The position numbers were made by a program, and so were the translations under genes. From the NCBI GenBank assembly GCA_964016885.1, contig OZ024741.1, positions 134,230,001 through 134,294,000 on the forward strand: a DNA stretch of 64,000 nucleotides, given 5' to 3'. This DNA comes from Eledone cirrhosa. Its lineage: Eukaryota. Below are positions 27,273-41,538 of this stretch, piece after piece; the stretch's first letter is position 1, and the number at the start of each line of letters is the position of its first letter. The notes under the pieces were generated by a model that saw only the letters and a list, made by a program, of their open reading frames with translations, had not been told where the DNA came from and searched no databases.

Positions 27273-27850
27273 TGGCTGCCAACTCGTTTTCGAGTACGGC
27301 CACTACTTTATATCCATGTAGAACTCCTACCGATGCGCTGAACGAATGTGACTTTAGTCCAGCCAGCGACTTGAAAACTCTGGTACAAACACTACACTTG
27401 TGACAATTATTGACACATAGTACTAGGCCCATGGTACCATGTGACGACAAGTGCAGAGAGATCTCCAGATATAAAGCAATGCCTGTGCCGTGAAGCTTTT
27501 ATAGTGAGCAAAGGCACTGCACAAAGCCAGTCCCACTCTCTTAACCAAGATGTTATTTACCAAAAAGAAGAACAAGTCAACATCATTGGATAGCATCAGA
27601 GTTGCAGGTGTTACATCAGAGTTTTCCTTCTCCTAGAATTCTGCCTTGACAAAGGCTAAGGGGTCATCTCTCCCGGTGATTTTGGATGGCCATTGACTCT
27701 TAAGAGCTCCTTTGCCCTTTGACAGGTTTTGTTTTTAGTCCTGCAGGATGTCCAAAGTCACCCTCCTCACCAAGAAACCTTGGTGGGGTTGCCAGTTTAG
27801 TCGCCAACGACCCGACCATGGGACAGGTTGTACTGGAATACATGTTACCA
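27270..27850 (-). mobile_element. Short bipartite non-autonomous RTE-like element, copy 2
   Basis: Same sequence as 5690-6261, here inside (TA)n. Confidence 0.65.
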
Positions 27851-27897
<47 letters not shown>

Positions 27898-28109
27898 TAT
27901 GTGTATATTTTATAGGTGTGTGTATGCATATATGTATACAAATGTACGTATACAGGTGAATGCATGAGTTTATGTTATAGACATATATTTATGCACACAT
28001 TTGTATATATACCCATATATTATAATAAAGTGTATGACTAGCATATGACTAGATCTAGCCTTCAATTTTATTTGTTTATCAGGAAAGTTCAACTTTATCA
28101 TTATTATGA

Positions 28110-28691
28110 CTAGCAGAAAAACCACCCTTCGGGTGGTTTTCTGCTAGCATGTATAGTGTGCATATTGACATTATACGCAAATATATATATGCATGTAGAT
28201 ATGATACGTCAAATAAAATCGTAATTGACAATATGCACAGAAATTGAACGAAGACTGTGTTACACTCTCTTCTGTAATCAGTAAAGTAGTTCATGATACA
28301 TTAAAAAAGACGATATTATATATAAACTGCATATATAATAAACTAAAATGCTATGAAAAGGGAAAGGGAAAAAATTAGCGACGGAAATATAAACCTTATA
28401 TAACGATGCGAATATATGAACGTTTATATAAGCGATGTGATGCGTGTTATGGTATAGGGACGTTAACCGGAAGTATTGACATTTGAAAATTTTAAAGAAG
28501 TGAATGTTAAAATAAGCAATACTTTATATATAAGAAAATTTATGTTTAATCAAGAGCTACGAAATTTAGTAGATAAATTACATAATATTCATTCATTATT
28601 TATTCAAAGCAATCCAACTTATTTTACTAACGGGATAAAAAAAATATAAAACGGACGCTGTCCCGCACTCCTCCCTATATTATATTATAGA
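28110..28691 (-). mobile_element. Non-autonomous Helitron, same family
   Basis: Reverse-complement homologue of 10689-11255 with TC...CTAG ends inserted at A|T. Confidence 0.75.
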
Positions 28692-30122
28692 TTTTTAAAT
28701 GGATGGTGAACTGTCAGTATCGGTTTGGCGTCGGACATGTTCTGCGGCATAGAGTTAGCTTTGACTATCATCCTTACGGGGTCAATAAAATAAAGTACCA
28801 GTTACGCACAGGAATCAATTTAATTGACTTTCCCCTCCCCCAAAATTGCTGGCTCTGTGCCGAAATTAGAAATCATTATTGTTATTTAAAAATATGAAAT
28901 CTTATTGAAAAATCAAGTAAACATTTGTAATATATACCACCAGACAACGGAAACATATTCACTAATAAAGTAACAGGTGATAAATAGTCCCCACACCCAG
29001 TTCCTGTTTTTTTCACTTATCCTTGTCCCATTTAATGTTCAGTCTACACACCTAATTCTCCCTAGCCCCTCTGTATTTCCTGTTTACTATATCACCTACA
29101 CTCTGTTCAGGTTATGTATAGCGAAAGTTGCATCTCATTTTATTGTTTTGATAAGCCAGTTACATCGACGAAACCTTGAAATATAGAGTCACCATTCTGA
29201 GTTCAAATCCCGCCGAGGTCAACTTTGCCTTTCATCCTTACGGGGTCGATAGAATAAAGTACCAGTAAAGTACTGGGTAATTGCTGGCCTTGTGCCAAAA
29301 GTAGAAACAATTATTAATAATCAAGATATTGACTCTATATACTATATATGGCTCCCTAATTCAGCGCATGTTCAGTGCGCTGTAATCTTGAGAAGGTGAC
29401 GTTCACAAACAGGACTAGATAATTTGAATTAATCAAATTCAGTCTTCAAATGACGCTGTTAAAATATGCGAAACCTCTAAATTTTCATAAATGACCTGAA
29501 GTTACTGTTATTTAAATCTACAGATTTAATAAAGCATCTATTGATACTGCAATTGTCTTAAAAGGTACCGATTGTTATCCGTTCCCTTCGAGAGGAGGGG
29601 CACAGGATGATACTCCCCCCCCCCCCTCACACACACACACACACACACACTTTTCAATAGTGCGCCTCAGATAAAAAGAAAACATTTTCAGAGATATGCT
29701 TATTCCGAAACTTCACCACAGAATTATTGCGAATGTTCCGAAATATCAAATATTTAATGGGACGGAAATGAGAGGTTGTATCAGCAGTTTCGGTGAAATG
29801 AAATTGCTTCAACGGGGAATCGAAACTTCGTCGCAATGTGAACTTTCCAGGAGCTTTTTATTTCTTTTTTTCTTCTTTTTTTTTTTGTTTCTCTGGCACT
29901 TCCCCTATAACTACATAATGATTTCGGAGTTGTACTTTTCTAACAAAAATGACTTCATCTGAGACTAATGTTGAAACTAAAACACTTTCAACAAGGAAGA
30001 GTCATTTTAGCCATTTAAAAACACACAAAACCTTTTAACTTGACTTTATATATATTATTTATTTCCTAGTGTCAAAATCTTTGCAGACATTGCGACGGGA
30101 ATTTTGACGCCAATAAATAAAT

Positions 30123-30153
<31 letters not shown>

Positions 30154-33100
30154 TAAAGTTAACAGTTTTTGTGTGTTTTTAAATGTCTAAAATGGCTCTC
30201 CATTGTTGATTTGTTTTGAAAGTAAACTTCTAGGGAAGTCGATCGATTAAATGCCTAGAGTCATGATTCCTAACTTATAGGTCGTGGGCCCAAATTTGGA
30301 AATGTCACAAAGCTGACATTTTTTTTTTTTTTTTTTTTTACTTTTGAAATATTCGATAAAATGTAAAATGCTCATAAATGTGTTTTATAAAGCCATAGGC
30401 ATATGGGTCACAATACGTGATATTTCCCCGGTAAAATATCAAATGTTAAATGTGTCCCATTGAAATATTTTTTTTAAAAAAAAGGTCGTGTGGTATTATT
30501 GATTTGTGCCAAAATGTGTCGTATTGGTAAAAGTTGTGAATCACAGACATAGATGGTCCAATATCATTGGAAGCCAAGTTTATTCTTTGAAAAAATAAAC
30601 TGTTCAATTGTAAATAGGAAAAATAACTACCGCAACTGTTACTGGGTACAGCTGCTCAACTCTGAATAGTAAAGACAGCTATAGCTACAATTACTGGGGA
30701 ATTGCAGTCAAGTGAAGCTAAAACAGTTTTGAGATACAGAAAAGCGAAAGAAAAAAAATGAATGAATCATTTCGTTCAACATTTACAAGTTTTCCATATT
30801 TCGGTAAACTTTAAAGAAATCAGAAAACACTAAGGATTAGGGCTTATTGATCCAGAATAGGAGTCAATTTGGAAACTAATTGAAGTATTCTGGTAGAACT
30901 CTAAGAAAGGATGAGTAATATATATATGTGAGGCTTAGAGGCGCAGCCTCATTACCGCCGCGCCCTAGGCCCAGAGCCCAATCACTCTCTCCATTCTTCT
31001 GTGAAATAATTAATTCGTAAGATTGTGAAAATATTTGATATAGACACAAAATAATTATTTCCAACACAAGCACAAGACTAGAGGTTCGGTGTATTAGTGG
31101 CAGTTGATTAAATCGATTCCAGTATAAATATATTTTATCGATCTACTGGTAGTATATTTTATCGATACCAGAACGATGAAAGATAAAGCTGACCACGACA
31201 GAATTTGAACTTAGAACGTGAAGAGTCGGAACAAATACTGTAGGGTATTTTGTCTGATGCTCTATTCTCCCGATTGACCACCCTTTTATATGAAGTAATA
31301 ATTGTTTCTACTTTGGGCACAAGGCCAGCAATTTGAAGGCAACGGGGAAAGTCGATCATATTAACCCCAGTGCGTTACCGATATTGTATTTTATGGATTG
31401 CAAAGGATGAAAGGCAAAGTTGATCTCGGAGGTATTTGAACTCAGAACATAAAGGCCGTAACTATATGCCACAAAGCCTGTTACCCGACGCTCTACTGAT
31501 ACTGCGAATCTACAACATTTTTATATGAAATGATAATGATATTAATAAGTAGAAAACGATATAACATATATGAAAGTAGAAATGGAGAAGAAGTCGTATA
31601 TATGTCCTCCTCCATTTTTATTATTACTGATGGCAGACAAGTCAATATTTTTAGATGGACAGAACAAATATTCACTATTGTTGTGAAATATTCCGGCTAT
31701 AACTATAAAGTTTAAATGAAATCTATTTTGACGTATTTTAAAAATTATTTAGCCAGAGGAAAGAGTCAATACCTTTGACCATTGCAGTACATCACTCCCA
31801 AACTGATGGCATAGATATGGCTGAAACCCACCCAGAATATCTGTTGGAAAAAACATAGGTAAAGATAATTCCAGGAGTCTGGTATGAATGCTTACAACAG
31901 AGTGAATTGCCCTAAAGGCATCGAAGGATGAAGGGGTTGATTGTGTTTAACCGGACAGCATGTTAGACTGTGCTTTCACTGGGGACATCGATATAAAAAT
32001 TAGAACACTGGACGGTGGGAGAACCAGTTTTCTTTAGCCATTCCTAAATGTACTGCTGATATGGACAAAAATCTGTTTACAAAAGTATAACAATAACAAT
32101 GCTAGCATCGTTTGACGAAGCGTTGAGCCAATTTGATGTTTGTAAGTATGTAAGCTTCTTTAACGCAAGATCGAATATTAAATAGTCAAACTTGTGTTGT
32201 AGCTAACAATAAAGTAACATACTTTCAACATGTTAGAATAGTACAGTGGTTTTCTAAGTGCACAGAATCATTATTGTAAAAAAGACTGCATTTTTTTTTA
32301 ATCTGTATTTTCCCAAAGGGTATGTATAAAGTTGTCATTTGACGTCTTATTACATTCCACAGTTTCTGAACAAAAGGCTACACTTCCTTTGAAACATAAA
32401 TATACTCGGAAGTTTATAACGAAGAAATACAGGATTGCTAGACATGTACGACTGTCAGATTTGTTTTTGTATTTTTTCTAAAAGAAAGTAAAAATGTGTA
32501 AACATTTAGAACATCTTAATTTTTTGGGCAAATTATTTACTCCACACCGATATTTTTGGCATAGAATTTCCTGCTTTAGAATAAGAGCCAACACTTCTAC
32601 TGTTATTCTTTAAAATGTCAAAATTAAATGCTACTGAGCAGAAATATATAACTTTTCAAAAATCTTATGAGTTGCTGACATTTCCGTGGAATACAGATGA
32701 TAAGACATAGTATCACAAAATATGGTTATTTTTGAATGGGGAAATGTAAGAAGCCATATACACATACGCACACACATACGTACAGATATACATACACGCA
32801 CATATATATACACATACATTCACATACACACACATACAAACACACATATACATGCACACAAACATATACACATACAAACACATATACATAGATACACACA
32901 TATACATACAAACATAAACACAAACACACATACATACATACATGTACAAATAGACACGCATACAAACGAACACGCCAAAACAAATAAACCTTTAAGACTG
33001 ACACCTACATATGAGTCATTTACTTATACATACACGTTTTGTGATTCAACATAAGTGTTTATAATAATTTAGTTCAGTGAAACCACATGACGCTTTATTA

Positions 33101-35318
33101 CAACAAAAGGTATGACGAAATTTCACCAGATTATGCTTAGGTCATGCACTACAGTTATATATTTTACAAGTCAACATTAAAAAAAATTACTATGTTAGAT
33201 CAAAATATCACAGTACACAGTATAGGTTGTTTTAGAAATATGTCTGTGTCTGTGTTCATGACGGTAAATTGGTTGAGAATGCTTTTTGTGGTATTCTTTC
33301 TGACTCTCAGTGCTCTCTGAGTTCAAATCCCACCAAGGTCAACTTTGTTTTTCATTCTTTCGACGTCGATAAAAGAAGTACCAGTCCAATACTGGGGGTC
33401 AGTTTCTCTCTCTCTCTCTGGAAGAAATCGGCTGTTCTGACCTGTAAAAGAGATAAGCTCTACCAGGTTTAAAATGCACAGAATACGCCGAATCTCACGA
33501 CCCCTATATATTAGTAATTTTATTTAATTATGCCAGCGAATTGGCAGAGTGGTTAGAGCGCCGGACAAAATTATTCGGGGTACTTTTTCTGGCTGTCTAT
33601 GTAGACGATGAAATAAAGTACCACAGAATTTGGACAAGATGCCTTGTGGTATTTCTTCCGCCTCTTTTCGATCTAGGTTGAATCCCATAGTAGCCTATTT
33701 GTATGATAGACTTAATCCAACGTCCGCTTTAACAGCACTATTTGGCCTTTGGTGTCTTTAGTGAAGAACATTCCGTTGTAAGTATTTTGGAAGATCTTTA
33801 ATTTGAGCGTACCTTCCTCCTTTCTTCCCACTAGACTTGAAATCTCTGAAAAAGGTGATGGTCACTGTCCTTCTCTCCCTCACTAAACACATAAAAATAA
33901 AAACAAGCAAAAAGGTTTTGTTCGTCAAGAAAATATATTCTATATGACGTCAGTTTTGAGAATTTGTCAGAATTATTGTATAACTAATAAACGTTTTGGT
34001 AGTGTTACACCAATAGAGGAACAGCATCATAGAGTTATGGCCCTTTACATTCTGAGTTCAAATCCCGCCGAGGTTAGCTTGGCCGTTCATCGATAAAATA
34101 AAGCACCAGTAATGCACTGGGGTCGATTTAATCGACTTCCCTCCCCCAAATTGCTGGCCTTGTGCCTACAGTAGAAATTATTATGTATACGTAACCAATA
34201 ACTTTTGAGAAGCGCGAAGGGTATAGAGTTATTATAAAGAGTGGTGTGTTTATACGCGGGGATGCTACAAAATAGCTTATAAAATAGGACGAATGCCCTT
34301 AAAGAAAAAGAAGTTGCCATCGGCCAAATGAAGTATTGTTGTTTGCAAGGTTATATGTTCTGAATGATAGTGCTTTATTTGTTTTGTTTTATCAGAATGT
34401 GGAATGTGGAATATATATTGACGAAGCAGCAGGTGATAGAACAAGGTTTATTCTTGTCAACACTCCTGTTAGAAATTTTCAGTGAATTGTGCTAACAGTA
34501 TTTTCAATCTTTCAAATGTGTCTCTATTCACATATGCAACAATCCTAGATTCCTAAACCACTTGTTTGGGTGATTTCGGAAATAAGGGTTTCTACCATAG
34601 GCACAAGGCCAGGAATTTGGGGGCAAGGAAAAGTCTGTTAAATAAACTCCAATACATTACTGGTATTTTATTTCATAATGAAAGTCAAAGTTGACCTCAG
34701 CGCGATTTGAACACAGAACGTAAGAGCCGTAAGAAACACCACAAAACATTTTACTCGACGCTCAACCAATTCTGCCGGCCAAATTATGATTTCAGAAATA
34801 ACAAGATTGGATATAGATACGAAATAATGATCAGAGTATCCAAAATAAATGTTATGTATTTTTTCCTTCACTTCACCGAATAACGCGCAGTGGATTAGCA
34901 GAATCGTTAGAGCGACAAATGAAATGTCAGGCAACATTTGTTCCGGTTCTTTACGTTCTGAGTTTCAATCATCTTTGCCTTCATCTTTTTGGAGGTCGAT
35001 AAAATATACAATGAACTAGTAAAGTTCAGTAGACCTCCAAACTCCTCAAATGACTTCTAAAACCAATACATTTAACAACCGTTTCTACTAATTTAGCAGA
35101 ATTAAATCAAGATTCAACCGCAGCCCCTTAGGATCAGAAGGATGGGGGTTCACAATCATACGGTTGTTGGTTTGATTCCTAGACTGAGAGGCGCGTAATG
35201 TTCTTGGATAACATTCTTCCTTTCAAGTTGATTTTCATGTCAGAACTGGTGACATTATCAATAAATAACCTGAAAAACTTCCCATGAGATGCAACCTCCT
35301 ATGAGGCCTTTTATAATA

Positions 35319-35364
35319 AAATATTACCGGTTTCGAATGGTAATGTCAAACTTATTAAATATTT
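35319..35364 (-). ncRNA. Decayed hammerhead at the 3' end of the old PLE
   Basis: AAATAT-TTAATAA-GTTTG...CATTC-GAAA-CCGG-TA^ATATTT. Core mutated, 6-bp stem I intact. Confidence 0.45.
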
Positions 35365-36183
35365 AAAAAGTTTCTTCTCATATTTTTGTAGGTCGTTAAA
35401 CATACGTGTATTTAAAAAATATGGAATGTTAAAAAAGTCTGTTCACATATGAGTATTTTTTCTCAGTGTTTCTTCTTATATATTTTATGTAATTAGGGTA
35501 GTGAAGGTGGAAGTAGGGTTCAACAGATCAGAATTCAATTGATTTACTGGAAGCTTCTATTGGTTGAAGTAGAAAGTTCTTTTACTATACAAAATAAAGA
35601 CCCAGACGGCAATTTAATGTTCTCTGTCTTGTATGTGAATGCGTTTATGTGTGTATGTGTCTGAGTGTATGAATGCGTGTGGGTGCATGTTGTTATACAT
35701 AGGTTTGTTTATTTATGTACTTATGTTGTTCCCATCTATGGATTATCATTTAATGTTTATAATGGGGATCAATTACATGTTTAAGAGTGGTTTATATTTG
35801 TTAGTAGATATTTTAATTTATTCTCTGTTATTTATTCTCTGTTGTTGTGTAAAAGAATCTGAGCACTTGTTGAGGGGGGGGATATTTTAAAGTTGAGTAA
35901 GTTCATTCCCGCACATGTAATATGACTACTGAAGGAGATTTATCTGATCTTTTCATCACGGAAGTGTTGGCAGTGTATCGTCATTGTTTTACATAATGAT
36001 ACTCCCGTCTGTCCTATGTAATTTGGCAGACATCCACAGCATGTTATCACATAGATTAGGTTTTTAGAGTTATAGGGGAAATCTTCTTTTATTGTGAACG
36101 TTTGTCCATCTATAACGGAATAATGTTTTATCGGCGAAGATTCGAAACCGAATCTGAGGTTTCTCACCTCTGGGACCACCCAT

Positions 36184-36776
36184 TATTGGAAAGTTCCCAC
36201 CATTGTCCTGTCAAGACAGCGATGATAAACGTACATTCCACTTGACCTCTGATCCCAGCTTCCTGGGAGACGATATCCACATGGCTGATCATAAATCAAC
36301 CTCATATACACATCCTTCTAACTATAGCACTATTATAAATATAAGGAGTTAAGGAATCTAAGAACCAGAGAGACCGAAGCAAGCAGTCCGTGTTAAGGTT
36401 AACGATGTAGCAGACCTTTCACTCTCTCACTCTCTCTCTCTCTCTCTCTCTCTCTCCTGGCCTCACTGGTTATCACCTTCTCGGCCACAGACACACGCAC
36501 ACATAGTAAGTTTAATTTGTTTACTGCTATGTTTCACCTATTCTTTCGTCTTCCTGTCATATTGTATCCGTAAGATACAACACAACTTTTACCATATCGT
36601 TTTCTGTGATGCATGCATTTACGCTAGCTCGTAGAAGCTGACCAGTAATCAATGTAGGGATAATTCATGTCATAAATATTATTACTCGATGTTCAAAGTG
36701 AATATTGTTGTTATAGAATAAACGTTGTTAACAACTCAATCATGGCATTATTCCTTTCAACAAACACACATCAAGA
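36184..36776 (+). mobile_element. Possible solo LTR inserted in the old PLE
   Basis: About 590 bp interrupting PLE coding remnants. Ends TACA, with internal TATAAA and AATAAA. No clean TG start or TSD. Confidence 0.4.
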
Positions 36777-39688
36777 ATACCATATTATCCGCTACACATC
36801 TTTAAATTTGAATTCTGGCTCTTCAATTAGGTATAAGCAGGTACCACAGTTTATTCTTCCGCATTTTGTAACAGTTAGGCTGGAGATTTTTTATGGGGTT
36901 TTCTTCCAGTAATTATATGTTTTAGTGTTTTGGTCTGTCTTTTACTTTTAATAATTTGTTGTGTTCCAAGAATTTTGTTCATTTTTTCATCTTCGTATAG
37001 AATTTGGAGGTTTTTGCTGAGATGGTCAAACATTTCGACATTTCTGAGGTTGACAGTTGACACATATGGTCAGGCATTGTTCCTGGTTTTGTTTTGTTTT
37101 TTGTTTTTTTTCCTTAGCTATGTCTTCCCCCTTATATTCCATTTGTGATTAGACCAAATGGAAAGTGTATTTTTCAGTTCAGCCAGTCTTTGGTCACGTT
37201 TAATCGGGTCCGATATTATTGTGCAAATTATTTTAGTTAGGTTAAAAGAAATGTTCAGTTTAGGATGTTTTGGATGGCTCAATATAAATAGGTGTTGTTT
37301 GGAGTACGTAAGTTTATAGAAAATGTCCGTTTCTGTTCGTCTGTCAATTTTTATGATTGATATATCCAAAAGGATTAGTTCATTGGGGTTAAACTCCATT
37401 GTGAATTGAATGTTGCTGTTTAGATTATTCTTGGATTTTGCGATGTATCAAGGTTTTCCCGCCGTAAGATAAAGCATTCATCCAGATATATTTTCCAGTT
37501 GTTTTCTTTTTATCTTATTTAAATTTTTCTTTTTTTTTGTGCTTGTGTCTCCAAATAGTAGTAGTGGTTGATTGTAAATCTTTTTCTCAGGAAATCCCAT
37601 GACTAAATTGACTTATGTGTGTGGGGGGGGGGGGGCGGGAGCTACCTTTGTGTCTATTGCAATTCCTGATATAAGTCGGTTCGCAGGTCTATAGAACATA
37701 AAATAGTTGTTTTGTAATATGAATCTGAGTCTATCAATGATGAAGAATTTTCAGTGTGTATCAGTAATTCGGATTGATATGTGTCTAGCCAATATTCAAT
37801 TGCAGTTATTCCAGTCATGGGAGTTGTTTGTGTATAAGTAGACAATGACGAAGGAAACAAAAAGTGAATTCATTTTCTGTTTGTTTGTTGTTGTTGTTTT
37901 TTTGCAGATGATTCAGCTTGTCTAGATCATCTCATATGTAACACTGCACATGTTTTAAGTAGGGCTTTAGAGGGATGTCCTGAATTTACTTAGTCTGTGT
38001 GTTTCACATTCAGAGTCTGCTATAATTGGTCTAATCTTTAAATCGTCTGGAGGTAGTAACTAGATGTATTTGAGTTTTGATTAAAATAAATTATTTCGTC
38101 CCCAGGAGATAAAAACATAATAGAGAAAATACGTGGGTCTGAAAAATCATCTGATTCAGTTTTTTGTTTATATAAAAAATCAATGCTCATTCCGTCTACA
38201 CCATATTTAAACTGGATGTTTAGGGTTTCACAATTTTTGGAGTCAAAATTTTATTTGATCAATCGGATCAATAGGTACAGATAATTCACTGATAGTTAAA
38301 GAGGAAGAGTAACATTTTATTTCTAAAACATTAGTTTTATAACGAAAATATTTTTCCTATTGTTATAAAGAGTCTTGTATTTAAAGACAGTTAAATTAGC
38401 TCTTAAGATTGATCTGAAGGCTTCTACATTAGAATATTTCAAATGAAGGTTTTCAGATAAAGAAGAATTAAAAAGTTTAGACTTACTACGAAGTGTCAAG
38501 CAAGTATTTGTTTATTTGTTGGTTTGTTTTTGAGGAATTCTCAAAAGTTCACTCCTACCTCTTTTATTATGTGGCAAGCTCTCAGAATTACCCGTGTTGA
38601 CACAAAGAATTTCAAGATTTTTTTCCAACCAATTATCTTCATTTTTATATAAACTTTGCCTGTGTTATCTTACTTTGTTGCAATTTTGTTTCCAGAGTAC
38701 TTAAAGATTTTTTAATCTCTGTCTATTTTTTGTCAAATTATATCAATTAAGAACCCTGCTGAATCATCATTGCGAGCTATTTTGGTTTTTCTCAAGAAGT
38801 TAAATAAATCAATATATTTCATTTCTTAAAAATGTTTATTTAATACAAAACCAACAGAACAGAAGAAATGTTATAACATTATATAAGTACTGAATATTGT
38901 GTAAATTTTATTGTCGATACTGGCATATCGCGTTATATGTTATTATTGAAACAATCATGAAACTATTATTTTGAATTTTTTAATGAGATGACATTGTATT
39001 TAGACACTATGCTTGAGTAATTTGTTAATTTTTGAACTTGTGAAAGATTTATAGGATCTGAATAAAATTACACCAATTTTAACTGGTACATACCAGTTAA
39101 ACTTGAATCTACAAAATTTTAGGGCCATTGAAAAGGTGACAAAAAGTGGCAAAAACTATGTTACTATAGATCTTTATCTATCATATTTGTTCAAAATTAT
39201 ATTTTGCTCATTTGGAACTACTCGAAATAGCAACATTTTATGTAGCGATTAACATAAAGATCGGTAATTTTCATTAAGCCAAACACATTTTTCAACTCCA
39301 AAGTAGTTAAAGTTATTTTATTTTACAGCATAACAACAATATATATATATATATAAGTGGAAGCTTAGTAAAATCGAAGCTTTGACTGTGGGAAAGCAAA
39401 GTCGACCTACAATAGCAATGAGTTAGCAAAGCACTCAATAAGTCTTAGAGTAATAACATACGTTTAAATAGCTACTATATATATATATATATAGGAAAGT
39501 GTTTAACCCCGACAGCAGAGCGCAAGCCGTTTCGACGGCTATTTCTGAACTCAGTCCAGAAATAGCCATCGAAACCGCTTGAGCTCTGCCGTCGGGGTTA
39601 AACATTTTCCTATTACCCACTCTACTACCCTAAGTATTGAGTACTCTGGTCCATCTGGTTCCTTACCACACCTCCTTCGTTATATACA

Positions 39689-39724
<36 letters not shown>

Positions 39725-40013
39725 CAATAAAGTATGTCCATAGAATCATTTGATAAAATATATACACCATCTCCTCTCCCAACCAGCATAATCAACCACA
39801 CACAAAACCAATTAAACCAGGCTATAAGATTAAAAGGCACCTATGAAGAAATAATAGATAAATAAACGACAGCCATCTATTCGCGATCAACAGCTATATT
39901 TACCCACCATTTCAATAGCACGTGGAAATCGATTAAATATATCGTCAACCATACACAATTAGGTATAAAATCAAAGTTAGAAGAAAAAATGTATATAAAC
40001 ATACCAAGATTAC

Positions 40014-40094
40014 GTTTCTACCCCTGGAGTTTCATTCGCTTTTGGAAATATCCGATCAAGGATAAATTCACGAGCTTCGAAATCATCAGGAAAC
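40014..40094 (-). ncRNA. Type I hammerhead, long stem II
   Basis: GTTTC-CTGATGA-tTTCG...TATCC/GGATA...CGAAt-GAAAC-TCCAGGG-GTA^GAAAC. Confidence 0.7.
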
Positions 40095-41166
40095 AAACTC
40101 ACTTGGACGAAGATTTTTCTTAAATGATCCCCGCCAGAAACGAATTCAAAATGGCTAAGAACTGTGACGTGGCAGTGGTCAAGTCAGAAAGAATATGATT
40201 GGTGCCTTACGGAGAGTGGGCTGGTTGCTAGAAAGTGCAGCCTAATATTGCCTAAATTGCATTTCAACCATATGGGAGATTATCAAATATAAAGATTTAC
40301 ATATACACAAACTAGACAAAGTCATAGATATATATATATATATATTTTAACCTGTTAGTTCTTTCGTTACTTTCGTATTGTGTGGTTGGGTTTTGCCTAC
40401 CGCAATGTTCAATTTGTCAAGCTATTTAAACGTATGTTATTACTCTAAGGACCTACCCTTATTGAGTGCTTTGCTAACTCATTCCTATTGTAGGTCGACT
40501 TTGCTTGCCCACAGCCAAAGCTTCGATTTTACTAAGCTTCCACTTGTATTATTTTCTCCTAGATTTAATAATTAACTAATTAATTTAATTAGACAATTCT
40601 GTTGATTGGTTAATTATTTGTGTTTGTTTAATAACATCTGGTTGAGAGCTTTTATTCGAAATGTTAGCGGAAATTATAATATTTCCTTTGTTAACACTTT
40701 GAACCTACCCGCCAAAAACCGGGGGTTTCTTCCCTTGTTGGAAATAACACGTGACAACTAAGTGTTCGCTGGCTGCATTCTTAGCGGCCGCATTTAGCTT
40801 GTCCACTCCGATTTATGGCAGAACAGAATCCCTGTTGATGAAATGAATCCTCTGTTCGATCATGGAATACCACGAGCGTGCGTGTTACGTAAGTTGGATA
40901 ACTGATATCGGATTCATAGAAACACTTTAAACGTATATCGTTTGATTTGTCCAGGTCTATCTTTTTAACCTGTTAGTTCTTTCGTTACTTTGGTATTGTG
41001 TGGTTGGGTTTTGCCTACTGCAATGTTCAATTTGTCAAGCAAGCTATTTAAACGTATGTTATTACTCTAAGGACCTACCTTTATTGAGTGCTTTGCTAAC
41101 TCATTCCTATTGTAGGTCGACTTTGCTTGCCCACAGCCAAAGCTTCGATTTTACTAAGCTTCCACT

Positions 41167-41219
<53 letters not shown>

Positions 41220-41461
41220 TCTTTTACTCTTTTACCTGTTTCAGCCATCCGGCTGAGGCCATGCTGGGGCACCGATATATATAAATTAATAAAAACAATG
41301 AAATAAAAACAAAGAACAGGTTCCTTATATTGAAAAATTCATCATTTTACGATCGTTTCTGGGATATATGTGTTGGTATGTATATCATGTTAAAGATCTA
41401 TGTAAAAAAATATTACAAATTATCAGAGGAGATATACATACCTTCACCTATACATGCCATC

Positions 41462-41534
<73 letters not shown>

Positions 41535-41538
41535 GTGT

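Larger units (their letters stand above)
35300..38800 (-). mobile_element. Old degenerate Penelope-like element (Neptune-like)
   Basis: Fragments LIYVITCCGC..YIGQTG (35940-36179), LLDISI...TDIFYK...HPKH (37118-37399) and AIEYWLD (about 37790). Boundaries approximate. Confidence 0.8.
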
